From: Nitrospirota bacterium | GTDB taxonomy: Bacteria; JACPQY01 | Length of the DNA stretch: 64,000 nucleotides | NCBI GenBank assembly: GCA_016180645.1 | Contig: JACPAV010000024.1 | Location: 1 to 64,000 of the forward strand | Direction of reading: 5' to 3' | Position numbers and translations under genes: made by a program | Shown here: in pieces, positions 1-9,940 of the stretch | Position numbering within the stretch: the stretch's first letter is position 1 | Layout: the number at the start of each line of letters is the position of its first letter | The notes under the pieces: model-generated | Told to the model about the DNA's origin: nothing | Databases searched by the model: none | The model's input: only the letters and a program-made list of their open reading frames with translations

Positions 1-2094
1 GTCGGTCGAGCCGTCGCAATCGTTGTCGAGCGCATCGCACTTCTCGGAGGAACTGGCGGTTGTTTGGGAGCATACGGAGGAGCCGTTGGAGCACGCGGTC
101 GTGCCTGCGGAGCAGACGCCCTGAAGACCCGTGGTGCAGGAGGTTGAAGTGATTCCATCATCGACCGTTCCGTTGCAATCGTTGTCCAGACCGTCGCAAG
201 TCTCGGCGGAAGAGGCGGTGGTTTGGGAGCAGACGGGAGTCCCGTTTGAGCACACGGTTGTGCCTGCGGCGCAGACGCCCTTGCCGCCCGTGGCGCAGGA
301 GGCGGACGGGATGGCGTCGTCGACCTTTCCGTTGCAATCGTTGTCCTTCGCGTCGCAGATCTCGACGCTGGACGCAAGACGCTGGACGCAAGTAAGAGCG
401 CCGTTCACGCAGGTTTGGGTTCCTTCGGAGCAGACGCCTTGGTTGCCGGTGGAGCAGGATGCCGACGGGATGTCCTCATCGGTTGTCCCGTCACAATCGT
501 TGTCTTTCGAGTCGCACACCTCGATGGAACTGCTGGTGGTTTGGGCGCACGCGAGAGCGCCGTTCACGCAGGTTTGGGTTCCTTCGGCGCAGACGCCGGG
601 CAGGCCGGTGTCGCAGGTCCCGGCGGTAGTCGCAGGCTTTATGCCTGCGTCCGAAGACGCACCCGTAAAGGGTGCGCCTGCGCCTACCAAGTCTTCATCC
701 ACCACGCCGTCGCAGTCGTTGTCTTTGCCGTCGCAGAGTTCGGGCGTGGGGACGCAGGAGGGGAGGACGGTGAAGGTGAGGGCCGCAGGAGAGGGGTCGC
801 GATTGCCCATCGCGTCCGAGGCGGCCACGGCGAACTTGTGCTCGCCCGACGCGGGACGCAGGACGTGGGACGCGGGGCACGGAGCGAAGGCTGAGTCGTC
901 CAACGCGCACCGGAATACGCATGCCGTCTCGGTACAGGTGAATGTGAACGTGATGTCTTGTCCTGCCTGCGCCTCGCGTCCTGCGCCCAGCGCCTCCGCC
1001 GACACGAACGTGTCGGGCGGTGTGAGATCTACCTGCTTGAGTTCGATCTTGACCTCGGCGGCGGGGGGGATTCCCGCGGACTTGAAATCCGCAACGACCT
1101 TCTGTTCCAGCTTCTTGGCAAGGTCTTCAAAGGCCTTTTGGGCCTGGGCCTCGGTAGGTTTGGACGCGGGATCGGCGGCGGCGGCGATGGCTTGGTCGAA
1201 GGACGCGGGCGTAAAGCCCGCGGCTACCGCGCCGGTTCCGATCAGAGAGGCCACCTCCGTGAGCGTGGCGATGCCGTCGCCGTCGAGGTCGGGGAGTTCG
1301 ACGTCGTTCATGGAGAGGGGGGTGTCTTCCACCTCAATCGTGAACCCGTGATCCAGTGATCCCGTGACCCCGCCAGGAGCACCCCCACCCGAACCCTCCC
1401 CCGTCGAGGGGGAGGGGGTTCCGGGCTGACCGCTGACCGCTGACTGCTGACTGCTGACTTTGATCTTCACCGTCGTTTTCACTTCGACGAGGGGCACGTC
1501 CTGATGTTTGCCGGGTCGCACGCGTGTGCGGATGGAGTTGGCGCCGTCGCGGGCGGATTTCTGGGGGAGGAGGAAGGTGATTTCGAAGGCGAAGGCGATG
1601 TCGCCTTCTGCAGGTTCCTGGTTCCTTGTTCCTAGTTCCTGGAACTGTGGTTGGAGGGTAGCCGCGGGCTTTATTCCCGTGTCCGAGGACGCACCCGTAA
1701 AGGGTGCGGCTACCACTCGGGATGGCGTCCCCCGCACCCACCTTCTCACGCTCCGCGCCGCGGCGCCGCGTCTCCCCCCTCGAATGCCGGATTCCACGTC
1801 TCCCCGGCGCCCCGCCCGGATGCCGCCACGAATGCCGGAAGCTTCCTCGCCTCTCCGACCGCTCCGAACGCCCCCGCGGATGCCCTCGGCGACGAGTTCC
1901 TCATTCACATAAACATCCGCCTCGAGTTCCTCCTGCTCCCCCACGCCCAACAGCGCCGCGGCGGCCTCGGGGGAGAGCGGAAGAACCACGTTCACCGGAG
2001 CAGAGTCGGCGGGTGTGGTTTCGGCTAGGACCCTTGCCTTGGAACAGGAGAAAAGGAGGAGCCCGAACACCAGCGAAATAGTGATAGCCCGCAT
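1..2094 (-). CDS. Large lipoprotein (3' end outside window): GIRGG repeats, one Ig-like domain, >=4 MopE-like Cys/Asp repeats (CDxxDNDCxG)
   Basis: Read manually from ATG 2094 (MRAITISLVFGLLLFSC, lipobox) with no stop down to position 1. Repeats ELCDGKDNDCDG, EVCDSKDNDCDG, EICDAKDNDCNG, ETCDGLDNDCNG. Plus-strand ORFs 131-1351 and 1508-1912 are its shadow. Confidence 0.85.
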   Translation of the reverse strand, partial: MRAITISLVFGLLLFSCSKARVLAETTPADSAPVNVVLPLSPEAAAALLGVGEQEELEADVYVNEELVAEGIRGGVRSGRRGEEASGIRGGIRAGRRGDVESGIRGGRRGAAARSVRRWVRGTPSRVVAAPFTGASSDTGIKPAATLQPQFQELGTRNQEPAEGDIAFAFEITFLLPQKSARDGANSIRTRVRPGKHQDVPLVEVKTTVKIKVSSQQSAVSGQPGTPSPSTGEGSGGGAPGGVTGSLDHGFTIEVEDTPLSMNDVELPDLDGDGIATLTEVASLIGTGAVAAGFTPASFDQAIAAAADPASKPTEAQAQKAFEDLAKKLEQKVVADFKSAGIPPAAEVKIELKQVDLTPPDTFVSAEALGAGREAQAGQDITFTFTCTETACVFRCALDDSAFAPCPASHVLRPASGEHKFAVAASDAMGNRDPSPAALTFTVLPSCVPTPELCDGKDNDCDGVVDEDLVGAGAPFTGASSDAGIKPATTAGTCDTGLPGVCAEGTQTCVNGALACAQTTSSSIEVCDSKDNDCDGTTDEDIPSASCSTGNQGVCSEGTQTCVNGALTCVQRLASSVEICDAKDNDCNGKVDDAIPSASCATGGKGVCAAGTTVCSNGTPVCSQTTASSAETCDGLDNDCNGTVDDGITSTSCTTGLQGVCSAGTTACSNGSSVCSQTTASSSEKCDALDNDCDGSTD
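625..688. repeat. GTAG-type REP-like hairpin doublet inside CDS
   Basis: ggtagtCGCAGGCtttatGCCTGCG...GCACCCgtaaaGGGTGC...ctacc; near copy at 1657-1714, single unit at 1204-1228. Confidence 0.8.
1425..1459. repeat. Heptamer tandem repeat (GCTGACY)x5
   Basis: Directly visible; a second array (NGTTCCT)x4 lies at 1613-1640. Confidence 0.85.
1657..1714. repeat. GTAG-type REP-like doublet inside CDS
   Basis: ggtagccgcgggctttattcccgtg...gcacccgtaaagggtgcggctacc. Confidence 0.8.
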
Positions 2095-2196
2095 AGCGAA
2101 TTTCGCGGCCAGAATAGAACGGGGAGAACCACAGACAATCAGGTAAACCCTGTATTGGGGACTGCCGCAGTCGTGAAAGTGGTGCTGGGGAAAGAC

Positions 2197-2264
2197 CGCA
2201 GGCGTAAAGCCTGCGCCTACCGTATGGAAAAGGCCTCCCCGGTAGCCGCGGGCTTCAGCCCGCG
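2197..2264. repeat. Intergenic pair of GTAG REP-like hairpins
   Basis: cgcaggcgtaaagcctgcgcctacc ... ggtagccgcgggcttcagcccgcg. Confidence 0.8.
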
Positions 2265-2281
2265 TTGTCTCGGTCGAGGAC

Positions 2282-2899
2282 TCAAACCAAGCCGGTTTCC
2301 ATTGCGTAGCGCACAAGATCGGCGGCCTTGTGGAGGTCCAGCTTGTCCATGATGTGTGTGCGGTGTGTCTCGACCGTCTTGGTGCTGATGGAGAGTTTCT
2401 TCCCGATCTGCCGATTGGTGAGACCTCTTGCGATCCATTGGAGGATCTCCCGTTCTCGGTCCGTGAGCGAGTCGCCTGGAGCACGGCCATCGAACACGAG
2501 GGCATCCAGCTTCGCGGCGACGGAGGCGCTGACGAACCTGCCGCCTGCGGCCACCGTCCGGATGGCCTGGACGAGGTCTTCGAAGGCGCTGTCCTTCAGC
2601 ACGAAGCCGGGGAGGCGTGCTCGGGCGGCGCGGGCGAGGGTGACGGGATCATCGTGCATCGTCAGGAGGACGACGCGCGAAGGGGTTCCTTCGAAGCCTC
2701 TCGCCACGTCCAAACCGTCCATGTCCGGCAGCGATACGTCCAGGATGACGGCGTCCGGGCGTAGGCGTTGCACGAGGTCGTGAGCCGATTTTCCGTTGTC
2801 TGCTTCGCCGACCACCACGATGTCTCCGGTGGCGCGGAGCATCTCCTTGAGTCCTTCCCGGAACATCTTGTGGTCGTCGACCAAGATCGCCCTAATCAT
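2282..2899 (-). CDS. NarL/LuxR-family response regulator
   Basis: Receiver ILVDDH...ILDVSLP; HTH LTDREREIL...TVETHR...KL. Confidence 0.95.
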   Translation of the reverse strand: MIRAILVDDHKMFREGLKEMLRATGDIVVVGEADNGKSAHDLVQRLRPDAVILDVSLPDMDGLDVARGFEGTPSRVVLLTMHDDPVTLARAARARLPGFVLKDSAFEDLVQAIRTVAAGGRFVSASVAAKLDALVFDGRAPGDSLTDREREILQWIARGLTNRQIGKKLSISTKTVETHRTHIMDKLDLHKAADLVRYAMETGLV

Positions 2900-4712
2900 G
2901 GGTGGGGATGGCGAGAACGAGCGTGGTGCCCCCGCCTGGAGCGGTCTTCAGCGCGACACTGCCGTTCAACAGTTCCGCTCTCTCCTTGATGGTGATGAGA
3001 CCCAGTCCCAAGCCGCGGTCGGCGCCATCCCCGCCTTTCATGCCCTTCCCATCGTCGTGAATTTCCAGGATGGCGGCGCGGCCTTCCTTGCGAAGGGAGA
3101 TTCGGATGGATTGCGCGCCCGAATGCTTCACGGCGTTTCCGAGCGCTTCCTGGAAGATGCGGTAAAAATGATCTTTCGCCGGGAGTGGAATATCGAACGA
3201 AGGATCGGCTTCCACGGAAATCCGAACTTCCGATCGCTCCCGAATCAGGCGCGCGTGCCAGCGGACGGCGTCGGCCATGGTCGTGCGCTCCAGCGCGGAC
3301 GGGCGCAAGTCAACGGCTACGGCACGCAGTTCGTCGATCGAGTGGGACAAATCCGCCACGGCCCGCGTGAAGGTCTCTACCTCCAATCGTTCACCCTTTC
3401 TCAGATTCGCTTCAGCCATCTGGAGCCCGAGTTTGACGGCCAGGAGAGACTGTCCCACGCCGTCGTGGAGTTCCCGCGAGAGCCGTTTCCGTTCGTCTTC
3501 ATAGGCGTTCAAGACGCGGGCCGAGAGGGAGCGCATGGTGTTTCGAATGCGGATGAATCTCGCGGCAAGGGCGAACGTGAGCAGCACGACGAAGAACCCC
3601 GCGGCGAGGTCGCCCAGATCCAACGGGCCGAGGAAATGATCGGGGTAGATGCCGAGGAAGGAGAGGACCTCGGCGTTTATTCCGAACACCACGCCGACCA
3701 CGCCGAGGAGAACGGTTCCCGATTCAGGCACGCGTCGACGGACCGCTTGCGCGGCGACCACAACAGGGGCGATCCCCGCGGCGGCGGCGTAGGCATAGAA
3801 AAGAAAGGCCATCGTGGTGTAGTGGCCGCCGGACCATGTGACCAAGGCGGCGGCGAGGGGGATGGAAAGGGCCACGATGGCCTTGTAGGCCCAATGGAAT
3901 CGGGCCTTGCAGAAGGAAATGACGAACACGAGGAACAAGGCTGGGAGCAGGCACCACAAGGCAAAAGATGCCCACTGTGGAACGGCGCCTTTCCAGCCGG
4001 TCTGGTAAAAAAGCAAGGTGTCCAAGAAGTAGATTGCCTCGTAAACCATGACCGTGGCGCAGAAGAGGAGCATCTCCCTCCCCCGGATGCCTCTCGCATA
4101 ACCCCACAGTGCGGCGAGGAGGAGGAAGGCAAACAGCGAGAGGAGCACGGACTCCACGGCGCCTCGGTCATTTTCCCGATCGAGTTCAATCTCGCGCAGG
4201 ACGGCGTAGTCGCCAATGGCGGCGGGACCATCCATGATCCCCCCGCTCAGCCAGGTGTTCAGCACGTGGATGGCCAGCACGTTTTCGCCCTCTGTCCGGA
4301 GGAGAGACGCGGGGACGGGGTAGAGGCGTTCGTCCCACGTGGCTTCGACCCACTTTCCCCGGACGGCGCCTGCCGATCCGATGCGGATGCCGTTCAGGAA
4401 AGTCTCATCGCTGTTGCCGATGCGACCGAGGAACAGAGCCGGCCGATGGGGCGAGAAGCCGCGAGGCAGCGTGAAATGAAGCCGGTACCAGCCGTGCCCG
4501 TTGTCGGTGTGAAGACCCTGCGATTGCAGACTGCCCGGAATGTGGACGGGGATCCAACCGGATTCGTCTGCTTCCGGCGCGGACCATGCGGGATCGTCAC
4601 CTGCACGGAACAGATGTGTTCCGTCGAGCAAGGCGATTTCTCCCGTCGGAGGGGGAGCCGAGAGAAGCGTCGCCGCAAGGATGAAGGCCGACGCGGTAAC
4701 CACGGGCGCCAC
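2892..4712 (-). CDS. Sensor histidine kinase: periplasmic galactose-binding-like domain, ~7 TM helices, HisKA_3 and HATPase
   Basis: GWYRLHF...DETFLNG sugar-binding-like segment; ERKRLSRELHDGVGQ; EALGNAVKHS; DDGKG. Confidence 0.9.
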   Translation of the reverse strand: MAPVVTASAFILAATLLSAPPPTGEIALLDGTHLFRAGDDPAWSAPEADESGWIPVHIPGSLQSQGLHTDNGHGWYRLHFTLPRGFSPHRPALFLGRIGNSDETFLNGIRIGSAGAVRGKWVEATWDERLYPVPASLLRTEGENVLAIHVLNTWLSGGIMDGPAAIGDYAVLREIELDRENDRGAVESVLLSLFAFLLLAALWGYARGIRGREMLLFCATVMVYEAIYFLDTLLFYQTGWKGAVPQWASFALWCLLPALFLVFVISFCKARFHWAYKAIVALSIPLAAALVTWSGGHYTTMAFLFYAYAAAAGIAPVVVAAQAVRRRVPESGTVLLGVVGVVFGINAEVLSFLGIYPDHFLGPLDLGDLAAGFFVVLLTFALAARFIRIRNTMRSLSARVLNAYEDERKRLSRELHDGVGQSLLAVKLGLQMAEANLRKGERLEVETFTRAVADLSHSIDELRAVAVDLRPSALERTTMADAVRWHARLIRERSEVRISVEADPSFDIPLPAKDHFYRIFQEALGNAVKHSGAQSIRISLRKEGRAAILEIHDDGKGMKGGDGADRGLGLGLITIKERAELLNGSVALKTAPGGGTTLVLAIPTHD

Positions 4713-4726
4713 TATGCGGTCACCGT

Positions 4727-6274
4727 TTATGCGCGAATCCCGCGCGCCACGTGGAGGGCCAGCGTCATGATCGCCTGCTGCGGATTCACGATGGTGCAGG
4801 TGGGGAGGATGCCGCCGTCGGCGATGAAAAGGCCTTCTAACCCGTGAACTTCGCCGGAGGGGGAAACCACCGAACGCTTGGGATCGACTCCCATGGCGCA
4901 GGTGCCCATCGGGTGGAGACTTCCACCGATCAAACGGCTGCGGGGGATGGGCCGTTTCATCAGTGCGCGGAGACCATCCTCGTCATGCACCGCCGGCGCG
5001 CCGATGAACCCCGGGAAGACGGCGTTCGCTCCAGCCGCAAGGTAGATTTTGCACGTGAGTTCCAAGGCTTCTTGCATGCGGGCACGGTCGCCTTCCGGGA
5101 GAAGATATACGGCCTGCGCCCAACCAGCCGGGAGGCGGATCAATCGGCCTGTTGATGAATCGCTGATCAACGCGCCCCCATCGGTGAAGCCGCCGTACTG
5201 CGCCATCCACTGTTTGTGCTCTTGTCCGAATCCAGGAATGAGGAGTGAACCGACCGGAGGCGGAACCGCACCCACGAGGAAGATGAACCCCTTGTCCTCG
5301 AGAAATTGGTCTGAGAAGTAGCTTTGTGGAGTGCCCCGCCAGCAGGAGACGTCCTCATCGAAAATCGCGCCGGCCACGACTCCCGGATGGACGCGGAGAT
5401 TTCGTCCGATGGCATCGGCGCCGATCCCGCTCTTCCAAAGGATGCGGGGGGTGTTCAGCGCGCCGGCCGCGAGAACGACGGTGGGTGCTTCGATGAACAG
5501 AGGTTCGCATACCTCGCCCTTCGACAGGCTCAGGGTGAGCGGAGTGGTTTCCGCTCGTGCCGATCCCGTCGAAGCACGGCCATTGCCCGTGGTTAGTGCT
5601 CGCACGATCGCCTCCACTCCCACCGCGCGCCCATTCTTCATCACGACTCGCTCCACTTTGCAGCGGGTGACAAGCTTTGCGCCTGCGGCCACCGCCGCCG
5701 GAATCCAGCTCAAGTGCGGCGCGAGTTTGGCATCGTTCGGGCAACCGACGACGCACATTCCCGCTCCCTTGCACCCTCGGGCGTTGCGTTTGGTGGGGGC
5801 ACCCGACCAACCCAGTGCGCGGATTCCTCTCTCGAACACACGACCGTTCCCCCCGATGACTTCAGGTTCGATCTCGTGGATGTTCAGGAACCGCTCGATT
5901 TCCTGGTAGAGGCTCTCGACGTACCCCTTCTGGAACGCATCGAGGTGGAGATCTCGCGTCCATCTTTGTCGAATGGACTCCGGTACCCGGAAGGACGTGC
6001 CCGCGTTCAGGGCCGCCGAGCCGCCAACGCACCGCCCGGTGAAGATGGGCATGGGGGGAAGGCCGTGAGCCATATCGAGTCGAAACGCCCTTGTGCGACC
6101 AACGATGCGCAGGGCTCCGTCCACCAACGGTTCGCCGTGGTCGAGCCGGTCATATTCCATGCCGCGTTCGAGAATCACGACTTTGGCGCCGGCCTCGGCC
6201 AGCGTCTTGGCCACCACGCCTCCGCCGGGCCCGGACCCGACGACGCAGACATCGGCGTTCAAATGCTCAGTCAT
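4727..6274 (-). CDS. GMC-family flavoprotein oxidoreductase
   Basis: DVCVVGSGPGG FAD motif, GRCVGG, CxGxGxCxxGCP, HPMGTCAMG, NPQ. Confidence 0.93.
   Translation of the reverse strand: MTEHLNADVCVVGSGPGGGVVAKTLAEAGAKVVILERGMEYDRLDHGEPLVDGALRIVGRTRAFRLDMAHGLPPMPIFTGRCVGGSAALNAGTSFRVPESIRQRWTRDLHLDAFQKGYVESLYQEIERFLNIHEIEPEVIGGNGRVFERGIRALGWSGAPTKRNARGCKGAGMCVVGCPNDAKLAPHLSWIPAAVAAGAKLVTRCKVERVVMKNGRAVGVEAIVRALTTGNGRASTGSARAETTPLTLSLSKGEVCEPLFIEAPTVVLAAGALNTPRILWKSGIGADAIGRNLRVHPGVVAGAIFDEDVSCWRGTPQSYFSDQFLEDKGFIFLVGAVPPPVGSLLIPGFGQEHKQWMAQYGGFTDGGALISDSSTGRLIRLPAGWAQAVYLLPEGDRARMQEALELTCKIYLAAGANAVFPGFIGAPAVHDEDGLRALMKRPIPRSRLIGGSLHPMGTCAMGVDPKRSVVSPSGEVHGLEGLFIADGGILPTCTIVNPQQAIMTLALHVARGIRA
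5519..5574. repeat. Inverted REP-like pair (CTTCGACAGGCTCAG family), in frame in GMC gene
   Basis: cttcgacaggctcagggtgagcgga ... tccgctcgtgccgatcccgtcgaag; encodes ASTGSARAETTPLTLSLSK. Confidence 0.7.
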
Positions 6275-6684
6275 CTCGGGCTCACGGGCTCACGATTCAC
6301 GGGATCACGCTCCACCGTCCCCGGATACCCAATGGCGGCCCCGGCCAGAGGGTCCGAATAAAATATCGTCACCACCAGCGCCTTGATCCCGTAGAAGAGG
6401 ACTTGATGAATCAGCCACCGGCTCGTTGCCAATCGGGAGATGAACGCCTGACGCTCGTCCGGGGTCAGACATCTGAATCTGGACAATCTGAAAAAGAGGA
6501 GAATCGGGAGCCAATCTAGGAGCGTGAGCAGGAGGCGGATCGGCCACGATGGATAACCCAATCGGTGGGTCATCGATTCGAGCCGCTCCGCGAGGGGTAC
6601 GTCCCCTCCACCGAGGGGGAACGCACCCCCATGGGGCACGATTGTTTCGGCGAGCGCTTGGGCTACTGTTTCGTGGTAACGCAT
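6271..6684 (-). CDS. Gluconate-2-dehydrogenase subunit 3-like GMC partner
   Basis: ALAETIVP...RFxxLxxxER...FYSDP...IGYPG; ATGA-coupled to the GMC gene. Confidence 0.75.
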   Translation of the reverse strand: MRYHETVAQALAETIVPHGGAFPLGGGDVPLAERLESMTHRLGYPSWPIRLLLTLLDWLPILLFFRLSRFRCLTPDERQAFISRLATSRWLIHQVLFYGIKALVVTIFYSDPLAGAAIGYPGTVERDPVNREPVSPR

Positions 6685-8507
6685 TGGAGCAGGCCGTAGA
6701 TGTCGAAGGCCGGGAGGGTGGCATAGAGGACGGACGCTTCGATGCGAACCGGTACGGCGGTGGCCGGCAACTCCGGCGTTTCGAACGCGGCCTGGTCGCA
6801 ACGTGCTCCCGGCGGTATCGGAACCGAGATGGCGAAGGGACCTGCGGGGCGGAATCGGCCTGATTCTCTGTCGTAGTCGTAGTTGACAATGTGTACACCC
6901 AGCGTTCCGGCGGAATTCCTCACGACGCTGACGCCGACCTGTTCAGGGAGGCTGCCGGAAACGGACATCGACTCATCCAGTTCGGTGGCGCTGTGCACGA
7001 TCGTTCCGCCCCTCGACTTGAATTGCGCCAACACGCTCTCGTCCGCCTCGGTGAAGCCGCCCCCTGGGGGAATGACAAGCACGTCATACGCAGAGAGTCG
7101 GTTGAGGTCCAAACGGCGGGGTACCAGTTCCTCGTCACCGGCATAGATCACGTCGAAGAGCACGTGGCGCTTCTGGAGTTCCTCACCGATGGTGAGGAAC
7201 TCGTTGTGGGTGCCGGTTGTCGTGTAGGAGAACGCGTAGCCGATATCCAGGAATTCGCGGAGAACTTCATGGAAGGGATAGACCAAGCCCACGCGGGCGA
7301 CGAGGTTGGCCTCGCGGATCCCCCGGTGCCGCCAGGCAAGCAAGGACATGGGCCCGATGATTTCGGCGGGGACGGTGGCGGTACCGGTCACGGTGGAGGT
7401 GCCTCCGCCGAAAACATACGCCTCGTACGGAATCAGGAACGATTGCTGGGCGGCCCAGGATTCGGCGAAGCGCTGCGTGATGACGCTCCAGTCCTTGCCG
7501 GAATTGACCATATCGAGGAGGTTGACGATGTTGGGAAACATGGCCGTGATCCCGCCGCGCATGAGTTGGTAGCCGAGCCGGTGGAGAGCGAAGAGGCGTC
7601 CTTGCGGCGGGAGCGGAAGCATTGTCTCGAAGACGAGGAAGTCCAGCACCGCCGCCTGGACTTGGTATTGCGGCGCCAGATTGACCGTGTTCCCTGCGAA
7701 GGCGACGGGGCTCTGCGAGGTGGATCGCGCGTGGGCGATGAGATCGCGGAGTTGGTCTTGACGACTCTTGAGCTGGAAACGGACGAATTCGCGGCGCCGC
7801 TCCGGATTCGGATCTTCCGATAGGCCCTTCGCGCCGGCCGCCCGGAGTGAGGCCGCGTAGTCGAATGAGTCAATCCCTGCAATGCCGAGGCGGCTCGCGA
7901 GTTCCGAGCCCGTGAACCGGTTCTCCAAGTAGGCGCGAAATCCCGCCATTGAATCGGGATCGAAGCCGAAGAGGTAGAGATGGCCGCCGAGCCCTTCGAC
8001 CTCGTCGATATGGATGGCGTCCGCCCCGCCCTTGATTTGCTCATCGACGCGCCGCCTGAGATAGGCCTGCCACTCGGGATCATTGTGGGACGGAAGGGTG
8101 GGGGAATTGGGGGTGATCCAGAGGGCCAGGGCGGTGTTTCCACCCAGATCTTGACTTGCGATTCGCGTGAGAAATTCGGGATCGGCTGCCGCCGTGTCCC
8201 TGCCGAGGACGCTCAGCGAACCTTGCATGGTGGCGAAATTGGCCGCAACGTGGATTCCCCGCGATCGCAGTTCTCTGGTGTAGGCGAGTTGGTCGTCATT
8301 CAATCCGGAGTGGTACACCGACCATGCGATGCCGGTGCCTAAGACCGCTTCGAGATACGAGACCGGCGGCGTGCCGTACGCGAAGATCTGGAAATGCCGG
8401 GTCCAGTCGGGCCCGGCGGATCTGTCCCCGTCAATTCGGACGGGCTCGAAGGGATGGGCGCAGGACGCGATTAGGGAACAGACGGGAATCCAGCGCCGCC
8501 AAGTCAT
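6663..8507 (-). CDS. Lipoprotein, putative glycoside-hydrolase-like TIM barrel with GATase-like domain
   Basis: LIASC lipobox; PEWQAYL...GADAIHIDE, GFDPxSxxGF, LSAYDVLVIP. Confidence 0.6.
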   Translation of the reverse strand: MTWRRWIPVCSLIASCAHPFEPVRIDGDRSAGPDWTRHFQIFAYGTPPVSYLEAVLGTGIAWSVYHSGLNDDQLAYTRELRSRGIHVAANFATMQGSLSVLGRDTAAADPEFLTRIASQDLGGNTALALWITPNSPTLPSHNDPEWQAYLRRRVDEQIKGGADAIHIDEVEGLGGHLYLFGFDPDSMAGFRAYLENRFTGSELASRLGIAGIDSFDYAASLRAAGAKGLSEDPNPERRREFVRFQLKSRQDQLRDLIAHARSTSQSPVAFAGNTVNLAPQYQVQAAVLDFLVFETMLPLPPQGRLFALHRLGYQLMRGGITAMFPNIVNLLDMVNSGKDWSVITQRFAESWAAQQSFLIPYEAYVFGGGTSTVTGTATVPAEIIGPMSLLAWRHRGIREANLVARVGLVYPFHEVLREFLDIGYAFSYTTTGTHNEFLTIGEELQKRHVLFDVIYAGDEELVPRRLDLNRLSAYDVLVIPPGGGFTEADESVLAQFKSRGGTIVHSATELDESMSVSGSLPEQVGVSVVRNSAGTLGVHIVNYDYDRESGRFRPAGPFAISVPIPPGARCDQAAFETPELPATAVPVRIEASVLYATLPAFDIYGLLQCVTTKQ

Positions 8508-9865
8508 CGGTAGATGAATACGACCGGCGTGGATCCGATCCTCGTGTGGACCCCCTTGCCTGCATCGGTTGGATCGAATTGTTCACCGCCCAGAGCGTGG
8601 ACTTCCTTCAATGTCGTGTCTCCCACGCGTCGAGGGGCTTCGATTTCGCTTTCACCATCCGCCCGGTAGGCTATCAAAACCTCCTCGGTGTTGCGAGAAA
8701 ATCGAAAAGTGCTGAGGGTCGGATCAGTAAAGAGAGCCGAGGTGCCCGAGTCGAATCGGGCGCGAGTAAGATCGCGCGCCAGATCGCTCCACGCGCGGTA
8801 GGCGGGCTTTTCCGCGGCCGGCGGATCGGTGGCGGGATCGGTGTCCTTCAGCATGCCGAAGAAACGCTCGCATTCGAACGTTCCGATGGAGGCGAACGTC
8901 CGAAAACCGGGACCGTGATCCAACAGGACCCAGGGGATCAGAACGTCGACGCCCTCTGCCGCAAGGAGGAGCGCGGCACGGGCCAGGTAGTCGCCCTGGG
9001 CGTTCAGGGTGAGGCGGTCGTGCGAGCAGAACCCGAACTCCGTCGCCCAAAGGGGCAATTCATCCGCTGCGCGGCGCTTCAGCACTTCGCGAAGCCGGCG
9101 GACCTGGGCGCGATAGTCCGCCCCATTCTCCTCCGGTGGATCTTGGGGTGGATAGAGTCCGTAGTTGTGGATTCCGATTCCGTCGAGATCGCGGGAAAGA
9201 TCCGGGTCGGCCGAGAGGACGGCGTCGAGGAACTCCGCATCGGAATACGAGAGCGGTGGAAGGGAGGGCGCGGGGGCCATGGCCCCGCTGATGACTTGAG
9301 CGGCGGGGTCGGCGGAACGTATGCTCCGGATCGATTCCCGAAGCAGCGATGCGTAGCGTGTGGCATCGGGGGTGGGCGACCAAAAGAAAAGTATGTTGGG
9401 CTCGTTCCATATCTCCCAAAAGGCGACTCGTCCCTTGAAGTGCGAAACGACTTCGGCGACGTATCGGCCGAACTCGGACGGGTCATCCGGCGGATAGAAA
9501 CCCATTTGGGACAGATCGGCCACGGGCGCGGTCAGGGTCCACGGCGTCGAACCGATCAGGACGCCGAGGACGTTGATTCCCTTCGATCTAAAGAGATCGA
9601 CCGAGCGGTCATGCCACGTGAAATCGTAGTCGCCCGGTTGTATCTCCATCTCGCCGCGGCGGAAGGCCATCCGCACGATCCCACCCGGAGGCGCCAGTTT
9701 CGCGGCCTCGAATTCGCGGAGCCTCCATCGTGATTCATCGAGCGTCCCGCCCCACCACTCCAACGACGAATTGACTCCGAAAGACAGGCCGGGGAGCGGC
9801 CGACGGTTCGGTCCGTCGCAGCCGGCAAGCACCCAGATGCACAAGGCGAGCAGCGTCAGTCTCAT
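8504..9865 (-). CDS. Clan GH-A glycoside hydrolase (GH39/GH5-like) lipoprotein
   Basis: LAGC lipobox after MRLTLL; WEIWNEPN acid/base and LWATEFG nucleophile motifs. Confidence 0.85.
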   Translation of the reverse strand: MRLTLLALCIWVLAGCDGPNRRPLPGLSFGVNSSLEWWGGTLDESRWRLREFEAAKLAPPGGIVRMAFRRGEMEIQPGDYDFTWHDRSVDLFRSKGINVLGVLIGSTPWTLTAPVADLSQMGFYPPDDPSEFGRYVAEVVSHFKGRVAFWEIWNEPNILFFWSPTPDATRYASLLRESIRSIRSADPAAQVISGAMAPAPSLPPLSYSDAEFLDAVLSADPDLSRDLDGIGIHNYGLYPPQDPPEENGADYRAQVRRLREVLKRRAADELPLWATEFGFCSHDRLTLNAQGDYLARAALLLAAEGVDVLIPWVLLDHGPGFRTFASIGTFECERFFGMLKDTDPATDPPAAEKPAYRAWSDLARDLTRARFDSGTSALFTDPTLSTFRFSRNTEEVLIAYRADGESEIEAPRRVGDTTLKEVHALGGEQFDPTDAGKGVHTRIGSTPVVFIYR

Positions 9866-9940
9866 ATCGCGTGAGAGGATACACCAAGGTGGGATGAGGG
9901 AGGACCGGGAGCCCGTGCGGTCTGCCGGCCTGTGCCCCAC

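Noticed and set aside
1-740. Regularly spaced 'tcgcaatcgttgtc' repeats as a CRISPR array
   Set aside because: They are degenerate codon repeats of CDxxDNDC, and the spacers are homologous to each other.
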